Assembly (NCBI GenBank): GCA_021442455.1
Contig: JABUSY010000021.1
Location: 16,630 to 80,629 of the forward strand
DNA: 64,000 nucleotides
Source: Lachnospiraceae bacterium
GTDB taxonomy: Bacteria; Bacillota; Clostridia; Lachnospirales; Lachnospiraceae
Direction: 5' to 3'
Shown here: positions 1 to 11,135 of the stretch, one piece after another
How positions within the stretch are numbered: the stretch's first letter is position 1
Layout of the letters: each line of letters starts with the position of its first letter
The notes under the pieces: model-generated
What the model was told of the DNA's origin: nothing
The model's database searches: none
Seen by the model: only the letters and a program-made list of their open reading frames with translations
Translations under genes and position numbers: made by a program

Positions 1-1
1 T

Positions 2-301
2 GATACGTATACGGTGCGATTTGCGGTCGGCATGTTGATGCGATTGTATCTAGATGATGCATTTAAGCCGGAATATCCGGAGCTTGTGGCTGGTATTAGG
101 TCAGATGAGTATTATATCAATATGATAGTTGCCTGGTATTTTGCTACAGCTCTGGCTAAGCAGTATAGGAAGATACTTCCGTTCTTACAAGAGAAACGGC
201 TGGATAAATGGACACACAATAAAGCAATCCAGAAGGCCGTGGAAAGCTACCGCATCACTGAGGAACAAAAGGTTTATTTGAAAACATTAAAAATAAAATA
301 A
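2..301 (+). CDS. DNA alkylation repair protein (AlkD-like HEAT-repeat family), 3' part; 5' end lies outside the window
   Basis: The frame is open from position 2 (DTYTVRFAVGMLM...). The C-terminal motifs YYINMIVAWYFATALAKQY and DKWTHNKAIQKAVESYRI are typical of this family. Confidence 0.75.
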   Translation, partial: DTYTVRFAVGMLMRLYLDDAFKPEYPELVAGIRSDEYYINMIVAWYFATALAKQYRKILPFLQEKRLDKWTHNKAIQKAVESYRITEEQKVYLKTLKIK

Positions 302-2149
302 ACATATAAAACTCTGAGACGAGAGGGAAAAGCAGCATTCGCAAATGATTGCTGAGGGATACTTTTCTGATGAGAAGTCTTTTAAAAGGATCAGGAGTCT
401 TTTGACTGGAGTGTTCGCTTCGATTACGTGGAGAATTTTTGTCAGTATGATAATCACTTTTTCGGCGATTCAGTAGTAGCTTGTTTGGTCAACGGTTGTT
501 TTTATTTTCTAGGATATAGGTTATAGCGTCTTGAGGGACGCTGTCTTGGGTTAGTGTTTTTGTAGCCTCGAAAGCGAACAGTATTATTTTGTTATTTGGC
601 TGTGCGAACTTAAGATAACAATTTTTTTTTATTCGTAATCCTTATCTGGTCTTTTCAGTAAAACAGCTGCGCTTTTCTAATGTTTTTAATATTGAGTGAT
701 TTTTAGTAATTTAATCTTCTCACAGTATGAATTGCAGTCAGTCCAGTGTGTATTTGGATTTGTGTTACATGCAATGATTCAGACAGGGCAGCAATATAGA
801 TAGTATAGTAGAGAAATTAGGTTTGTATTTTATATATCCTAAAATTTAAAAATGACTGCTGAAACAATCGTTTTTTAATATAATAGGATATTAAGTATTT
901 TGCAAATCAAATTTAGGAACGGCGCGATGAGGGATGATTTTCCACTCTCTAGCACTTTTCTCACTGTGTGGCTATAAACAACAGTACGCTTGATTCAAGT
1001 TTTTGAATAATCATTGATGATTTATTGGGCAATGTAGTCAATATGAAACGAAGACATGCTGATTATAAGCACATTGGAGATTCTAGCAGGATAAATCGAT
1101 ACAGTATGATTTTGATCCTTACGTAAACATTCTTTTTGCGGAGAGTTCGATTAACCATCAACAGGAATGGAGAGCTGTTTTTTTATGGATGCGCGTAAAA
1201 AGCGCCTGGGTCCTAAGATAAAAAGAAAAAAATCTATGAAATTAATGAATCTTCTTCAATACGTAGATGAGAATTTTTCTGCGTTTCTTGGAAAAGTTTG
1301 ATCCGTACAGATGGCCAGTGGTGAGCATCTAAATTTCGCTTTCCTGAAGGGAAAAAGAGCAAAGCACTGTTTACCGGCTCCTGAAAAAGATATAAGGTCA
1401 TATTTGCTGTAAGAATTTAATCTTATAGATAGAAGGTTCAGATTTTCTGGTTTATTCTTCATGATCATTATTTTATCTGAAGAAAGAACACTTTACTCCA
1501 CGGAGGAAGCTAGGTATAGGATAATGATATTTTGTTTCTTCAGAATTTGGTAACAAAGACGATTTTGCTGTCGCTCTTTTTTGTTTCGCAGCAGGTGACA
1601 GCAATATCATGTGCTGTTCCAAAGGAGATAGAGATTTTGCTGTCTTGGAGGGATGAATATTGAAATTCAGAAGCGACAGCATTTTAGTCGTCTTTGGCTG
1701 AAGCAATCTGAAGACAGGTATTATTTTGGCATAGCCAAAGGTAATGATAAGTTAGGAATATGTTTTTTCGATGGATAAGCTCGACGAATAGTCGTATTTC
1801 ATAAGCTAGTTGAAAATTATATACTTTAGTATCGGAAAGGCTTTAAAGGAAATGTATCATTTGGACAACGTTTTGTCCTGCCAGTACGGTCGCCATGTTT
1901 TTCGTTCCAGGATGAGCTTGTATGAAGGTCACACTTCTTTGTTAAAACATTAAAGCAACAGTCTTGAAAAAAGTTTATGCTTCCGGTTGTAATTGTCCAA
2001 TTTGGAATTTTCAGAAATTCGTTATTCATACGGCAATATTCATTTCTCGTGTATATGATATGAGATTAAAAGTCAGTTTGATTCAATCATTCACATTTGA
2101 CAGAGCGATATCGGAGGAACGGATTTTGCTGTTTAGGAGGATTCATCCT

Positions 2150-3100
2150 GTTTATTTTTCCTGAATCGTCTTAAACTTTTCGAGATTGATTTATTGTCGT
2201 CAATGGAAATCAGGCTCCGTTTTTTGAGTTATGCTAGTTTTGATGGTGATGAATCCGTTGTCAAATATGCTTTCTAGACCGTGCAACATGTAGTGATTTA
2301 GAATTGCTTACAAAGTGAGCTTTAACAAATTACAAATCAGAGGCCGTTAGCTACTATCAGAGGAGAGCGGTATTACTGTGAAATTAAGTTTTGTAATATT
2401 CTTGTGTTCTTACCATAGAGGTACCACATTGAAGACTTTGTTCACATTGCAGCGAAAAGATGAAAAGGGGCTTCTGTTATATCCTCACTTCCTCTGTATA
2501 TGATATTCCAGAACCTGCTAGTGAATGGAGTTTCAGAGTTGTTGTAGAAAAAATAAAGCTTAATCTGATGCTCAAAGTAAATTGGAGGGGGCTTTGCTTA
2601 GACGCTGATCGTAATCGTATATGTCCAAATTTGTATTCCGTTAATCTGTGTTCAAACAAGCTTTACGAGGAAAAATTCCGGAAAGGTGTTTTCTGGCGGC
2701 TAGTTCTTTGAAGTAATTATGGAAATTATGCGGGAAATTAGTTAGCCGTAACGCCTGCTAAGGAAAAGAAGTTGCATAAAAAAGAGATATACAGTGACTG
2801 TTGCATAAAGTAGGAATAAAAAGCGGGAAATTTCGTATACAGCTTCTACCGAAATAGACAATATTTTTATGTTTAGTTGATAGTAGGTGTAAAGAAATTG
2901 CATTCTCGTAGCGGATATATTGAACAGGACTAGGACTATAAACCAGTTCATTTGTAGATCTAACCGTCTAGATGGCTGTTTGGCATACCCTGAAGATTAA
3001 AATGTGAAATATGAAATATATATATACGCTTGGATATCACAGATGATCTTAGAATAGATGGAATCAAAGGCTGTTTTATTGCTAATTCTGATTGTTTCGT
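2150..3100 (-). pseudogene. Decayed YesM-like sensor histidine kinase
   Basis: Minus-strand fragments LHGLESIFDNGFITIK and LISIDDN resemble the HATPase N/G1 region (ENAIxHGLE...TITI...IEDNG). ASKQSPLQFTLSIRL loosely matches SQINPHFLFNxLESIRM. Multiple stops and frameshifts; boundaries approximate. Confidence 0.45.
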
Positions 3101-3935
3101 AACTATGGAAGGTGAAATCCTACATCGGTAGTAATGGAAATAGTGTTGAAAATTTCGGAAATTTCCAGATCTGATAGAATCAATGAATGGTACAGTTCAC
3201 ATAATCTTTATTTATATTTCGTAGAAACATATAAAAAGTTAGAAAAAAATATCCGGTGTATTGCTGCAGATATAATTTATTGTTTTAGTGATAGTGGTCT
3301 CTACGTTGGGATATACATAGCGTTTCGGTATCGGTGTATCACAATAGATATTAAATTTTTTTTTGGAAAAGTTAAGCTTTTGATTTTCGGCATAAAGAAC
3401 AGGCATATGCATCAACGAATCCTGGAACAGGATGAAATTTACTTGATATTCATCTATTTTTAATTAGGGATTTCTCTAGTGTAGTGATTAACTGTTCCTG
3501 CCTGAACAGATTTTTCCTCATTTCCGTTATGATACTAGTAAATTACATGACTTGGCCGTTGATCAGCTCTGTCTTATTAGTTGCATTTAGATGGTAGTCG
3601 GATATCCACAAAACACACATAGATTTATCTAGGAATATTCAAAATACTGATAGTCGTTGATAATGATGAAAGGGGTATCCACATCTCGTAATTGTTGTAC
3701 CAGGTCTAGGTCGTCATAATCAGATATTTTATTTGTATATCTATGATGACGATATCTAAATTGTGTTCCAAATGGTCTCTAAAGCTTTTCGATGTGGGGC
3801 CATTCCATAAAGTTTCAGTTCAAGTTTTCTTCCATTCGAACAGATTGATAATTGATTTTCAGACCTTTATTTTAGTAATCATTAGTAATCACATATGTGT
3901 GTTTTCGCATTTTATGGGTTGTATCTATTGAGATT
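3100..3935 (-). pseudogene. Decayed YesN/AraC-type response regulator
   Basis: Frameshifted receiver-domain fragments: KGLKSIINLFEWRKLELKLYGMA, HNLDIVIIDIQ, DDLDLVQQLRDVDTPFIIINDYQYFEYS* (consensus EGL..IDWE..G...DIVITDI.MP.MDGLELI..LR....FIILSGY.DFEYA). Confidence 0.6.
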
Positions 3936-4774
3936 GTTCTATAAAATTTCAAATCTAAAAATGATATACAGAAAATATATAAATGACGAAAAATAACGCT
4001 CATCTACTCAATATCATATATATAAGAAAATATAATAAAAGCTGGAGCAGATGAAGTGAAACGGATTGTGATGGCCAATGTATTCAGTGGCTATTTTGTA
4101 GAACCTGGAGTTTTTGATATATACTATCTTTCTGTCGGAAACAAAAGATCTCACATCGAAGAACCGGAGCAAAGGTTATATAAAGGTTATATGATAGTCA
4201 GGAAATCGGTAAATTTAGTACTGAAATTGGCAATAAGAGTGATTTTAGTTCCAATTCTTATTATGCAAAGAGTCATAGTGATAAATTTACGATTCAGTTT
4301 AAAAAGCGTTGAAGGAAGAGGAATTCTATGTGGATAATTGTGGAAGTTATTTTGGTACTGGACAATATACACCGTTAAACGGCGATCTGTATAAACTTGT
4401 ACGAGGAACATTCATTTGACATTTAAATTAAATGCCAGAGGTATTTACTGGAGATTTATGAAGCTGCCAAACAGCAAAGATCAAATTTATAATGCTAGTA
4501 TTTTGCTTTCCAGTTATTGGGAGGTGACTTGTACTTGGGAGACTTCCAGTAAAATTGAATGAAACAGGAAAATGTGGTGATTGCACTTCACTTAATGATG
4601 TGAAAGAAATATGAGGATCTTAGTTAGAAGATATCTTGATAGTCAATGTAGATAAAAATCAGGTAGTAAAGAGATTTTTGTCCTGTCAGACATTTTCTTC
4701 TAAGACACGAACTTAAAACGGAGAGGCTACGTGTTTAAGGAAAAAAATAAATTTGTTCAGTAGTTTTTATTTTT

Positions 4775-4814
4775 TATGAGATTTTGTAAAAACGTATGAG
4801 ATTTTGTAAAAACG
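4775..4814. repeat. Perfect 20-nt tandem duplication TATGAGATTTTGTAAAAACG x2
   Basis: Read directly: 4775-4794 is identical to 4795-4814. Confidence 0.95.
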
Positions 4815-5950
4815 GTATATTATTATACATAAAGGCCAGTGCTGCATCTGTATTTTTGTACTTCAGGAAAAGGAGAGATAATTGATGTGTAGGAAATGAT
4901 AAGTTATATATAGAGTGTATACAAAGAAAAATTATGGTTGAACAAAATTGTTACATGATGGCTTATGTCAGTCATTGCGCAACAATTTTAATTAGGAATA
5001 ATTATGGTTATTAAATTGTAGAAAACATCTTTATGAACTTAAGCAATTCGTATATATTGAAATCTCATCTTGAGTATGTTATTCTTGTAAAGAGCATAAA
5101 TAAATATTCATGCTGTGTGGAAAATCATTTTATGTGATTATCAGTATTTCTCAAAGATTTACAAAGTATATGTCTTGTGGAAAGTGAAAACATTGATATT
5201 GCAGGGATAGATTATGATTCCATGAGGGTAAGAAGAGCTTCTTAGTATAGAGATACATGGCACTTTGAATGAGAAATACGAATTTGCTGGCGATGCAATT
5301 GTTAAGGGCGGATGCTCTTGTAGTACAAGCATCAGTAAAAGTTACGGTTAAAACCGGTATGCCTAGGCATTCAGTATTATATGAAGATGTTGCTAGATTG
5401 TTTCGATTTAAATGGACATTCCGAGAAAAGGAAATTATATATATCTGACTGTTATAGTTATCTGCCGCTGTTTTTCTGTAACAAAAAATATACGTACTTC
5501 GTTGAAAAAAACAAAATCAAGGGATATGTGAAGATTTAATAGTTCATTTTTGTTCGACTCTCTCTACAATGCTATATTTGAAGAGCTTATTGACTACCTT
5601 GTTAGAATATTCCATGCATCGGATAGTGTAGTTGTTCTGCTGCGAAGGTAATCAGTTATATTTCAGATACTTTGAAAAGGGAGAGATTTTCGAACGGTTA
5701 ATCGATTTCATCACCATCATTTCGGATAATCTGAAGAATGAGATTTTTTCAGGAAAAATCATTGACGATATCAAAACCGGCTCATCAATGGGGGAGTAAT
5801 CAATGAATGAATGCGTTCTGCTTGAGAAAATCCTAGAGGAGGAGAGAAAAGTACAGTGAAGGGAAAGAGATGGCTGGTCACAGTTGTTACAGAATGAATA
5901 GTAACATCAGGAGACTGTTTGCGGGCGAATGATAAAAATAAGAGGGTAGT

Positions 5951-8182
5951 ATGAAGGAACAATACGCGGATATTATTGTTGATATCACTCACGAAAAGTT
6001 GGATCGGCCTTTCCAATACCAGATACCTTCTGAGCTGAAAGGGCAAGTACAGGCGGGAACACGAGTAAAGATCCCTTTTGGTGAAGGTAACCGTATCATC
6101 AATGGTTATGTGATCAGTTTGGGGAGTAGACCGAGATATAAACCAGAGAAAATTAAAAAAATTGCTGAAATGGCGGAAGACGGGATTACTGTGGACACAA
6201 AACTAATCATGCTGGCCACTTGGATTCGGCACACCTATGGTTCCACTATGATTCAGGCGCTGAAGACAGTAATGCCGGTAAAGGATAAGCAAAAAACCAA
6301 ATTCGGCAGAAAAATTCTGTTGAATGTCAATCAATTGCAGGCAGCCTTCTGGTTGGAGGAGTTTCGAAGAAAAAAATACAAGGCTAAGATTCGGCTCCTA
6401 GAGGCATTGCTGGAGCGGACAGAGCTTACTGATGAGTATGTTTCCAGAGAATTGAAGATATCTGAAGAGTCGATGAAAAAAATGACAGAGAAGGGAATTA
6501 TTCGCATGGTACAGCTTACAGTATATAGGAATCCTGTTGAGAAATTGGATGTTTTGCTGCAGGAGAAGGCAGTTCCAGATTTGACAGCGGAACAACAGAA
6601 GGTTTTGGATGGAATTCTCAGAGAATGGAAAGTCGGGGAGCGTCCATGTTTGATTCAGGGAGTCACGGGAAGCGGTAAGACACTGGTTTATATGAAGCTG
6701 ATAGAGAAGGTACTTTTGAAAGGACATCAAGTGATTATGCTGATTCCAGAGATTGCATTGACCTGGCAAATGGTCCAGCGGTTTTACCGAAGATTTGGTA
6801 GTTTGGTGACTGTTCTGAATTCTAAAATGTCTCCGGCAGAGAGGTATGACCAGTTTGAACGGGTAAAACGGGGAGACGTTCAGGTTATGATAGGTCCAAG
6901 ATCTGCTTTGTTTACACCGTTTTCGAGACTTGGATTAATTGTGATTGACGAGGAGCATGAAAATTCGTACCGTAGCGAAGGAACGCCAAAATATCATGCG
7001 CGCGAAACAGCGATCGCCAGAGGAAAGTTGGAGGGAGCACATGTAGTTATGGGATCAGCGATGCCGTCGATTGATGCTTATTATAGGTGCAAACAAGGAC
7101 ACTATGCGTTATTTCAGATAAAGAGTCAGTATGGAAATACAGTTTTCCCGAAAATATATCTTGTGGATATGCGAGAAGAATTAAAAAAAGGAAATCGTAC
7201 AGTCTTGAGCAATTGCCTGCAGGAGGCTATCGAGCTTCGTCTAAAAGCTGGAGAACAGGTTATATTGTTTCTTAATAGGAAAGGATATGCAAGCGTCATT
7301 TCTTGCAGAGCCTGCGGACATGTGATTAAATGTCTTCACTGCGACGTTCCCCTCACGTATTACAATAATGGCAGGCTGATCTGCCATTATTGTGGTTTTG
7401 ATAGGGAAGAGCTAAGGAGCTGCCCGAAGTGCAACTCACCGTATATCGGAGGCTTTTACGCTGGAACTCAGCAAGTGGAGCAGATGGTGAAGAAGTTTTT
7501 TCCGAAGGCTAGGACGTTGCGGATGGATGCGGATACTACCAGAGGAAAAGATAAATCTGAGAGGATTCTGAAAGCATTTTCTGCAGAAAAAGCAGATATT
7601 CTGATTGGTACCCAGATGATTGTAAAAGGACATAATTTTTCGAAAGTGACACTGGTTGGAGTGATTGCTGCCGATATGACTTTGTTCGCCAGTAATTACA
7701 GAGCGGCAGAACGGACGTATCAGTTGTTGGCGCAGGCGATTAGTTGTGCAGCTCAGAGAGAATTGCTTGGAGAAGTTGTGATACAAACTTACTATCCGGA
7801 GCATTACAGCATAAAAGCAGCCCTTTCGCAGGATTATGAAGCTTTCTATGAAAAGGAGATTGATAGCCGCGAGCTGATGAATTATCCGCCTGTATCAAAT
7901 TTGCTAGCTGTTCGCGCTTCTTGTGACAGGGAGGATCATTTACAGAATGCTATGGACTATATCAGGAGATATTTGCTTAAGATTAAAAGGAAGAAGGATT
8001 TTCAATTGGTAGGACCGGCGCCAGAAAGCATTGCTAAGATCCAGGATTATTACAGGGAAGTATTATATCTAAAGAGCAAAGAGAAACAGGAACTGATCCG
8101 GTTGCGGGAATTGTTGGAACATTATATAGAGACCAATAGTGGATTTGCTTCTGTTCATATACAATTTGATTTTAATGTTTAA
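5951..8182 (+). CDS. priA: Primosomal protein N' (PriA), full length, with degenerate helicase motifs III and VI
   Basis: 743 aa. N-terminal LDRPFQY 3'-binding domain, Walker [13 protein letters not shown], four CxxC Zn pairs. Motif III reads SAM and motif VI reads QAISCAAQ. Confidence 0.97.
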   Translation: MKEQYADIIVDITHEKLDRPFQYQIPSELKGQVQAGTRVKIPFGEGNRIINGYVISLGSRPRYKPEKIKKIAEMAEDGITVDTKLIMLATWIRHTYGSTMIQALKTVMPVKDKQKTKFGRKILLNVNQLQAAFWLEEFRRKKYKAKIRLLEALLERTELTDEYVSRELKISEESMKKMTEKGIIRMVQLTVYRNPVEKLDVLLQEKAVPDLTAEQQKVLDGILREWKVGERPCLIQGVTGSGKTLVYMKLIEKVLLKGHQVIMLIPEIALTWQMVQRFYRRFGSLVTVLNSKMSPAERYDQFERVKRGDVQVMIGPRSALFTPFSRLGLIVIDEEHENSYRSEGTPKYHARETAIARGKLEGAHVVMGSAMPSIDAYYRCKQGHYALFQIKSQYGNTVFPKIYLVDMREELKKGNRTVLSNCLQEAIELRLKAGEQVILFLNRKGYASVISCRACGHVIKCLHCDVPLTYYNNGRLICHYCGFDREELRSCPKCNSPYIGGFYAGTQQVEQMVKKFFPKARTLRMDADTTRGKDKSERILKAFSAEKADILIGTQMIVKGHNFSKVTLVGVIAADMTLFASNYRAAERTYQLLAQAISCAAQRELLGEVVIQTYYPEHYSIKAALSQDYEAFYEKEIDSRELMNYPPVSNLLAVRASCDREDHLQNAMDYIRRYLLKIKRKKDFQLVGPAPESIAKIQDYYREVLYLKSKEKQELIRLRELLEHYIETNSGFASVHIQFDFNV

Positions 8183-8195
8183 AGGAGAAATAAAA

Positions 8196-8681
8196 ATGGC
8201 GTTACGGAATATTAGAATCATGGGCGACAAGATACTGGAAAAGGTTTGTAGGCCTGTGAATACAGTAACCCCTCGACTTCGTGAGTTGGCGAAAGATATG
8301 TTGGAAACCATATATCATACCTACGGAGTTGGATTGGCCGCTCCTCAGGTAGGGATACTGAAAAGAATCGTGGTTATTGATGTGGATCGTGAGCATCCTC
8401 ATATCCTAATCAATCCAGAAATTCTTGATACCTGCGGAGAACAAACGGGGGATGAAGGCTGTCTGAGCCTTCCCGGAAAGTTAGGTAGAGTTACACGGCC
8501 AAATTACGTGAAAGTCCGAGCTTTTGATCTGGATATGAATCAGTTTGAATTAGAAGGAGTCGGTCTTTTGGCTAGAGCAATTTTTCATGAATGTGACCAT
8601 TTGGATGGTATTCTGTATACTTCTCGTGTGGAAGGAAAATTACGGGAGAATGTCGCACTGAAGGATGAAGAGAAAAAATGA
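8196..8681 (+). CDS. def: Peptide deformylase
   Basis: Motifs GVGLAAPQVG, EGCLS and HECDH. The start was moved to ATG 8196, behind an AAGGAG RBS. Confidence 0.97.
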   Translation: MALRNIRIMGDKILEKVCRPVNTVTPRLRELAKDMLETIYHTYGVGLAAPQVGILKRIVVIDVDREHPHILINPEILDTCGEQTGDEGCLSLPGKLGRVTRPNYVKVRAFDLDMNQFELEGVGLLARAIFHECDHLDGILYTSRVEGKLRENVALKDEEKK

Positions 8682-9610
8682 AAATAGTATTTATGGGAAC
8701 TCCGGATTTTTCTGTGAATACATTGGAAGCGATTTTAGAGGCCGGTCACCAGGTAGCGGCGGTAGTGACACAGCCTGATAAAACGAAAGGGCGAGGGAAA
8801 ATTCTGCAGGCTACACCTGTGAAGGAAGTTGCCATGGCTCACGGCCTGACTGTTTATCAACCAAAGAAGGTTCGTGAGGATGGTTTTCTAGAAAAATTGA
8901 AGAAAATTCATCCAGATGTAATAGTTGTCGTGGCATTTGGTCAGATTATTCCAGGAACGATTTTAAAATTGCCTAAATTTGGTTGTATTAACGTACATGC
9001 CTCGCTATTACCTAAATATCGTGGAGCGGCGCCGATTCAATGGGCTTTGATTAACGGTGAAGAAGTTTCAGGAGTCACAATTATGCGAATGGATGCTGGG
9101 GTAGATACAGGGGATATATTGTCTAAGGAGGAGATTCTCCTAGAAAAGGATGAGACGAGCAGTTCACTGTTTGGAAAACTAAGAGAGATGGGAGCCAGGC
9201 AGTTAGTTCAGACGCTTGAACGGTTAGAGGATGGAACGGTTCAGCCACAAAAACAACCAGCAGAGAGCTCTACAGATTATGCGAGGATGATAAACAAGGC
9301 GGATGGGTTAATTAACTGGAGGAAGGATGCGAAATCTATTGAACGTTTGATACGGGGGATGAACCCTTGGCCAAGTGCTTTCACGCGTATGAAAGGGAAA
9401 AATTTAAAAATCTGGAAAGCGGATGTACTGCAACAAGATTCCAAATTGGCACCGGGAACCGTCGTTAGTGCTGGTAAAGAGGGTCTATCTGTTCAGACCG
9501 GCAAGGGACAGCTGAACATACTAGAACTGCAGTTAGAAGGGAAGAATCGCATGGATGTAGATGCTTTTTTGCGCGGCTGTTTTCAGAAAACGGGTGCAAT
9601 TTTTGGCTGA
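8678..9610 (+). CDS. fmt: Methionyl-tRNA formyltransferase
   Basis: MKIVFMGTPDF and INVHASLLPKYRGAAPIQWA; overlaps the def stop. Confidence 0.97.
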   Translation: MKIVFMGTPDFSVNTLEAILEAGHQVAAVVTQPDKTKGRGKILQATPVKEVAMAHGLTVYQPKKVREDGFLEKLKKIHPDVIVVVAFGQIIPGTILKLPKFGCINVHASLLPKYRGAAPIQWALINGEEVSGVTIMRMDAGVDTGDILSKEEILLEKDETSSSLFGKLREMGARQLVQTLERLEDGTVQPQKQPAESSTDYARMINKADGLINWRKDAKSIERLIRGMNPWPSAFTRMKGKNLKIWKADVLQQDSKLAPGTVVSAGKEGLSVQTGKGQLNILELQLEGKNRMDVDAFLRGCFQKTGAIFG

Positions 9611-9630
9611 GAATAAAAGGAGGTAATAAA

Positions 9631-10320
9631 ATGGGACTATATTACTGTAGGTTTGAATGTATATTGATTTTGGTGACATTTTTTATTTCCCTGGTGGTTC
9701 AGTTGAACATGCATGGGACGTTTAAGAAGTATAGCCATATCAGAAGTATCAGCGGGATGACAGGAGGAGAAGCAGCGAAACAGATTTTGCGTAGAGCCAG
9801 AATTTTTGATGTTCAGGTAATGCATATTCATGGGAACTTGAACGATCACTATGATCCCTGGAGGAAGGTGATTAAGCTGTCTGATTCCATATACAGCGGC
9901 TCTTCTCTGGCAGCAGTGAGCGTAGCGGCACATGAATGCGGCCATGCGTTACAGCATGCTACGGCATATACGCCTCTTTTTGTCAGAAGCGCTTTGGTAG
10001 GGGTTTCTCATCTTGGCTCTCAACTTTCATGTCCATTGTTCTTGATAGGTCTGATTTTTTCCGTGCGGCCTCTTTTGACGGCCGGAATTTGCCTTTTCTG
10101 CGGAGCACTGTTATTTCAGCTGGTTACACTGCCTGTGGAATTTGACGCTTCCGACAGAGCACTTAGAATTTTGAAACAAACAGGAATTATGGTGCAGCAG
10201 GAGATATCAGGAACCCGTAAAGTGCTTAGAGCAGCAGCTATGACCTATGTAGTTGCTGTTGTAGCATCTATGATTCAGTTATTACGGCTGATTTTACTTT
10301 CAAGGAGAAACGATGACTAA
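9631..10320 (+). CDS. YugP-like membrane neutral zinc metallopeptidase
   Basis: DHYDP, AAHECGHALQ (HExxH) and TLPVEFDAS; conserved position after fmt. Confidence 0.88.
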   Translation: MGLYYCRFECILILVTFFISLVVQLNMHGTFKKYSHIRSISGMTGGEAAKQILRRARIFDVQVMHIHGNLNDHYDPWRKVIKLSDSIYSGSSLAAVSVAAHECGHALQHATAYTPLFVRSALVGVSHLGSQLSCPLFLIGLIFSVRPLLTAGICLFCGALLFQLVTLPVEFDASDRALRILKQTGIMVQQEISGTRKVLRAAAMTYVVAVVASMIQLLRLILLSRRNDD

Positions 10321-10830
10321 ATTATATGAATATACGTGAACTGATTCTGAAATTTTAGAAGAAAAAACGTATCAACCATAGGATTTTCAAAAAGGTTGTG
10401 AAAAACCCATCATATTTGTTCAAGTAAGATTAAGCTTTTTATAGCAGGCTTTGTGAAGGAATATTTGTGTACAAAATTTTGTTGGATTATGTGATCAATT
10501 ATTTTTAAAAGTTTTATTGTAAAGATGAAGTTTGTGTTTTTGAAAATTCTGCGGCTTTCTGTTTTCTGTTTATTAAATGATATATAAGGAAAAAATTCAC
10601 ATCCGGACATATTGGTATATGAAATGCTTAAATTGGCACAGAAAAAAGGTTTTTAGTAGTTAACAAGCTTTATTAATGGTTGTGCTACGGACGATTTTCC
10701 GAGAAAGTGAACAGGCACGGTATCACGGGTATTCGATGTAGTTTGACGCTCCCGATTCGAACTGGATGGTGCCTGTAGATTGATTGATCGTTTTGCTATT
10801 CAATGCTAGAATAACATGTTGAGTAATGTA
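10313..10830 (+). pseudogene. rsmB: 16S rRNA m5C967 methyltransferase RsmB, 5' remnant
   Basis: ATG 10313 with an AGGAG RBS overlapping the yugP stop. Frameshifted fragments MNIRELIL, YKILLDYVIN, KILRLSVF and EMLKLAQKKGF**LTSFING match the RsmB N-terminal NusB-like domain. Confidence 0.8.
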
Positions 10831-10859
10831 AAGAGGTACTATTAGTTGCGAAGCAATCT

Positions 10860-11100
10860 TCGATTGAAAGGCTAATTAGCTTTGGAAGAAATTATTTTGT
10901 GTTAAGTTTAAGCTGTTACGTAAATTTGATTTTGACTACTTGTAAAAGATAAAAATTTTGTGTGTTATTACAATAAAAAGTGATTATGAATTTTCAAAAT
11001 AAACTTGAAACCTACGAAATTAATGTTACTTTTATTAAAAAAAGCAATGGGTAGCGATATCAATGACGTTTGTGAAAATTAAGAAAAAGCTCTTTGGATA
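10860..11100 (+). pseudogene. rlmN: Radical SAM rRNA/tRNA methyltransferase RlmN, 3' remnant only
   Basis: CYVNLI and NFQNKLETYEINVTFIKKAMGSDINDVC match the RlmN C-terminus (CHVNLIP...INVTIRREMGxDIDGACGQL). Correct syntenic position before stp. Confidence 0.75.
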
Positions 11101-11135
11101 AGATACGCAGTTAGTGCGTTATGGGAGGATAATAT

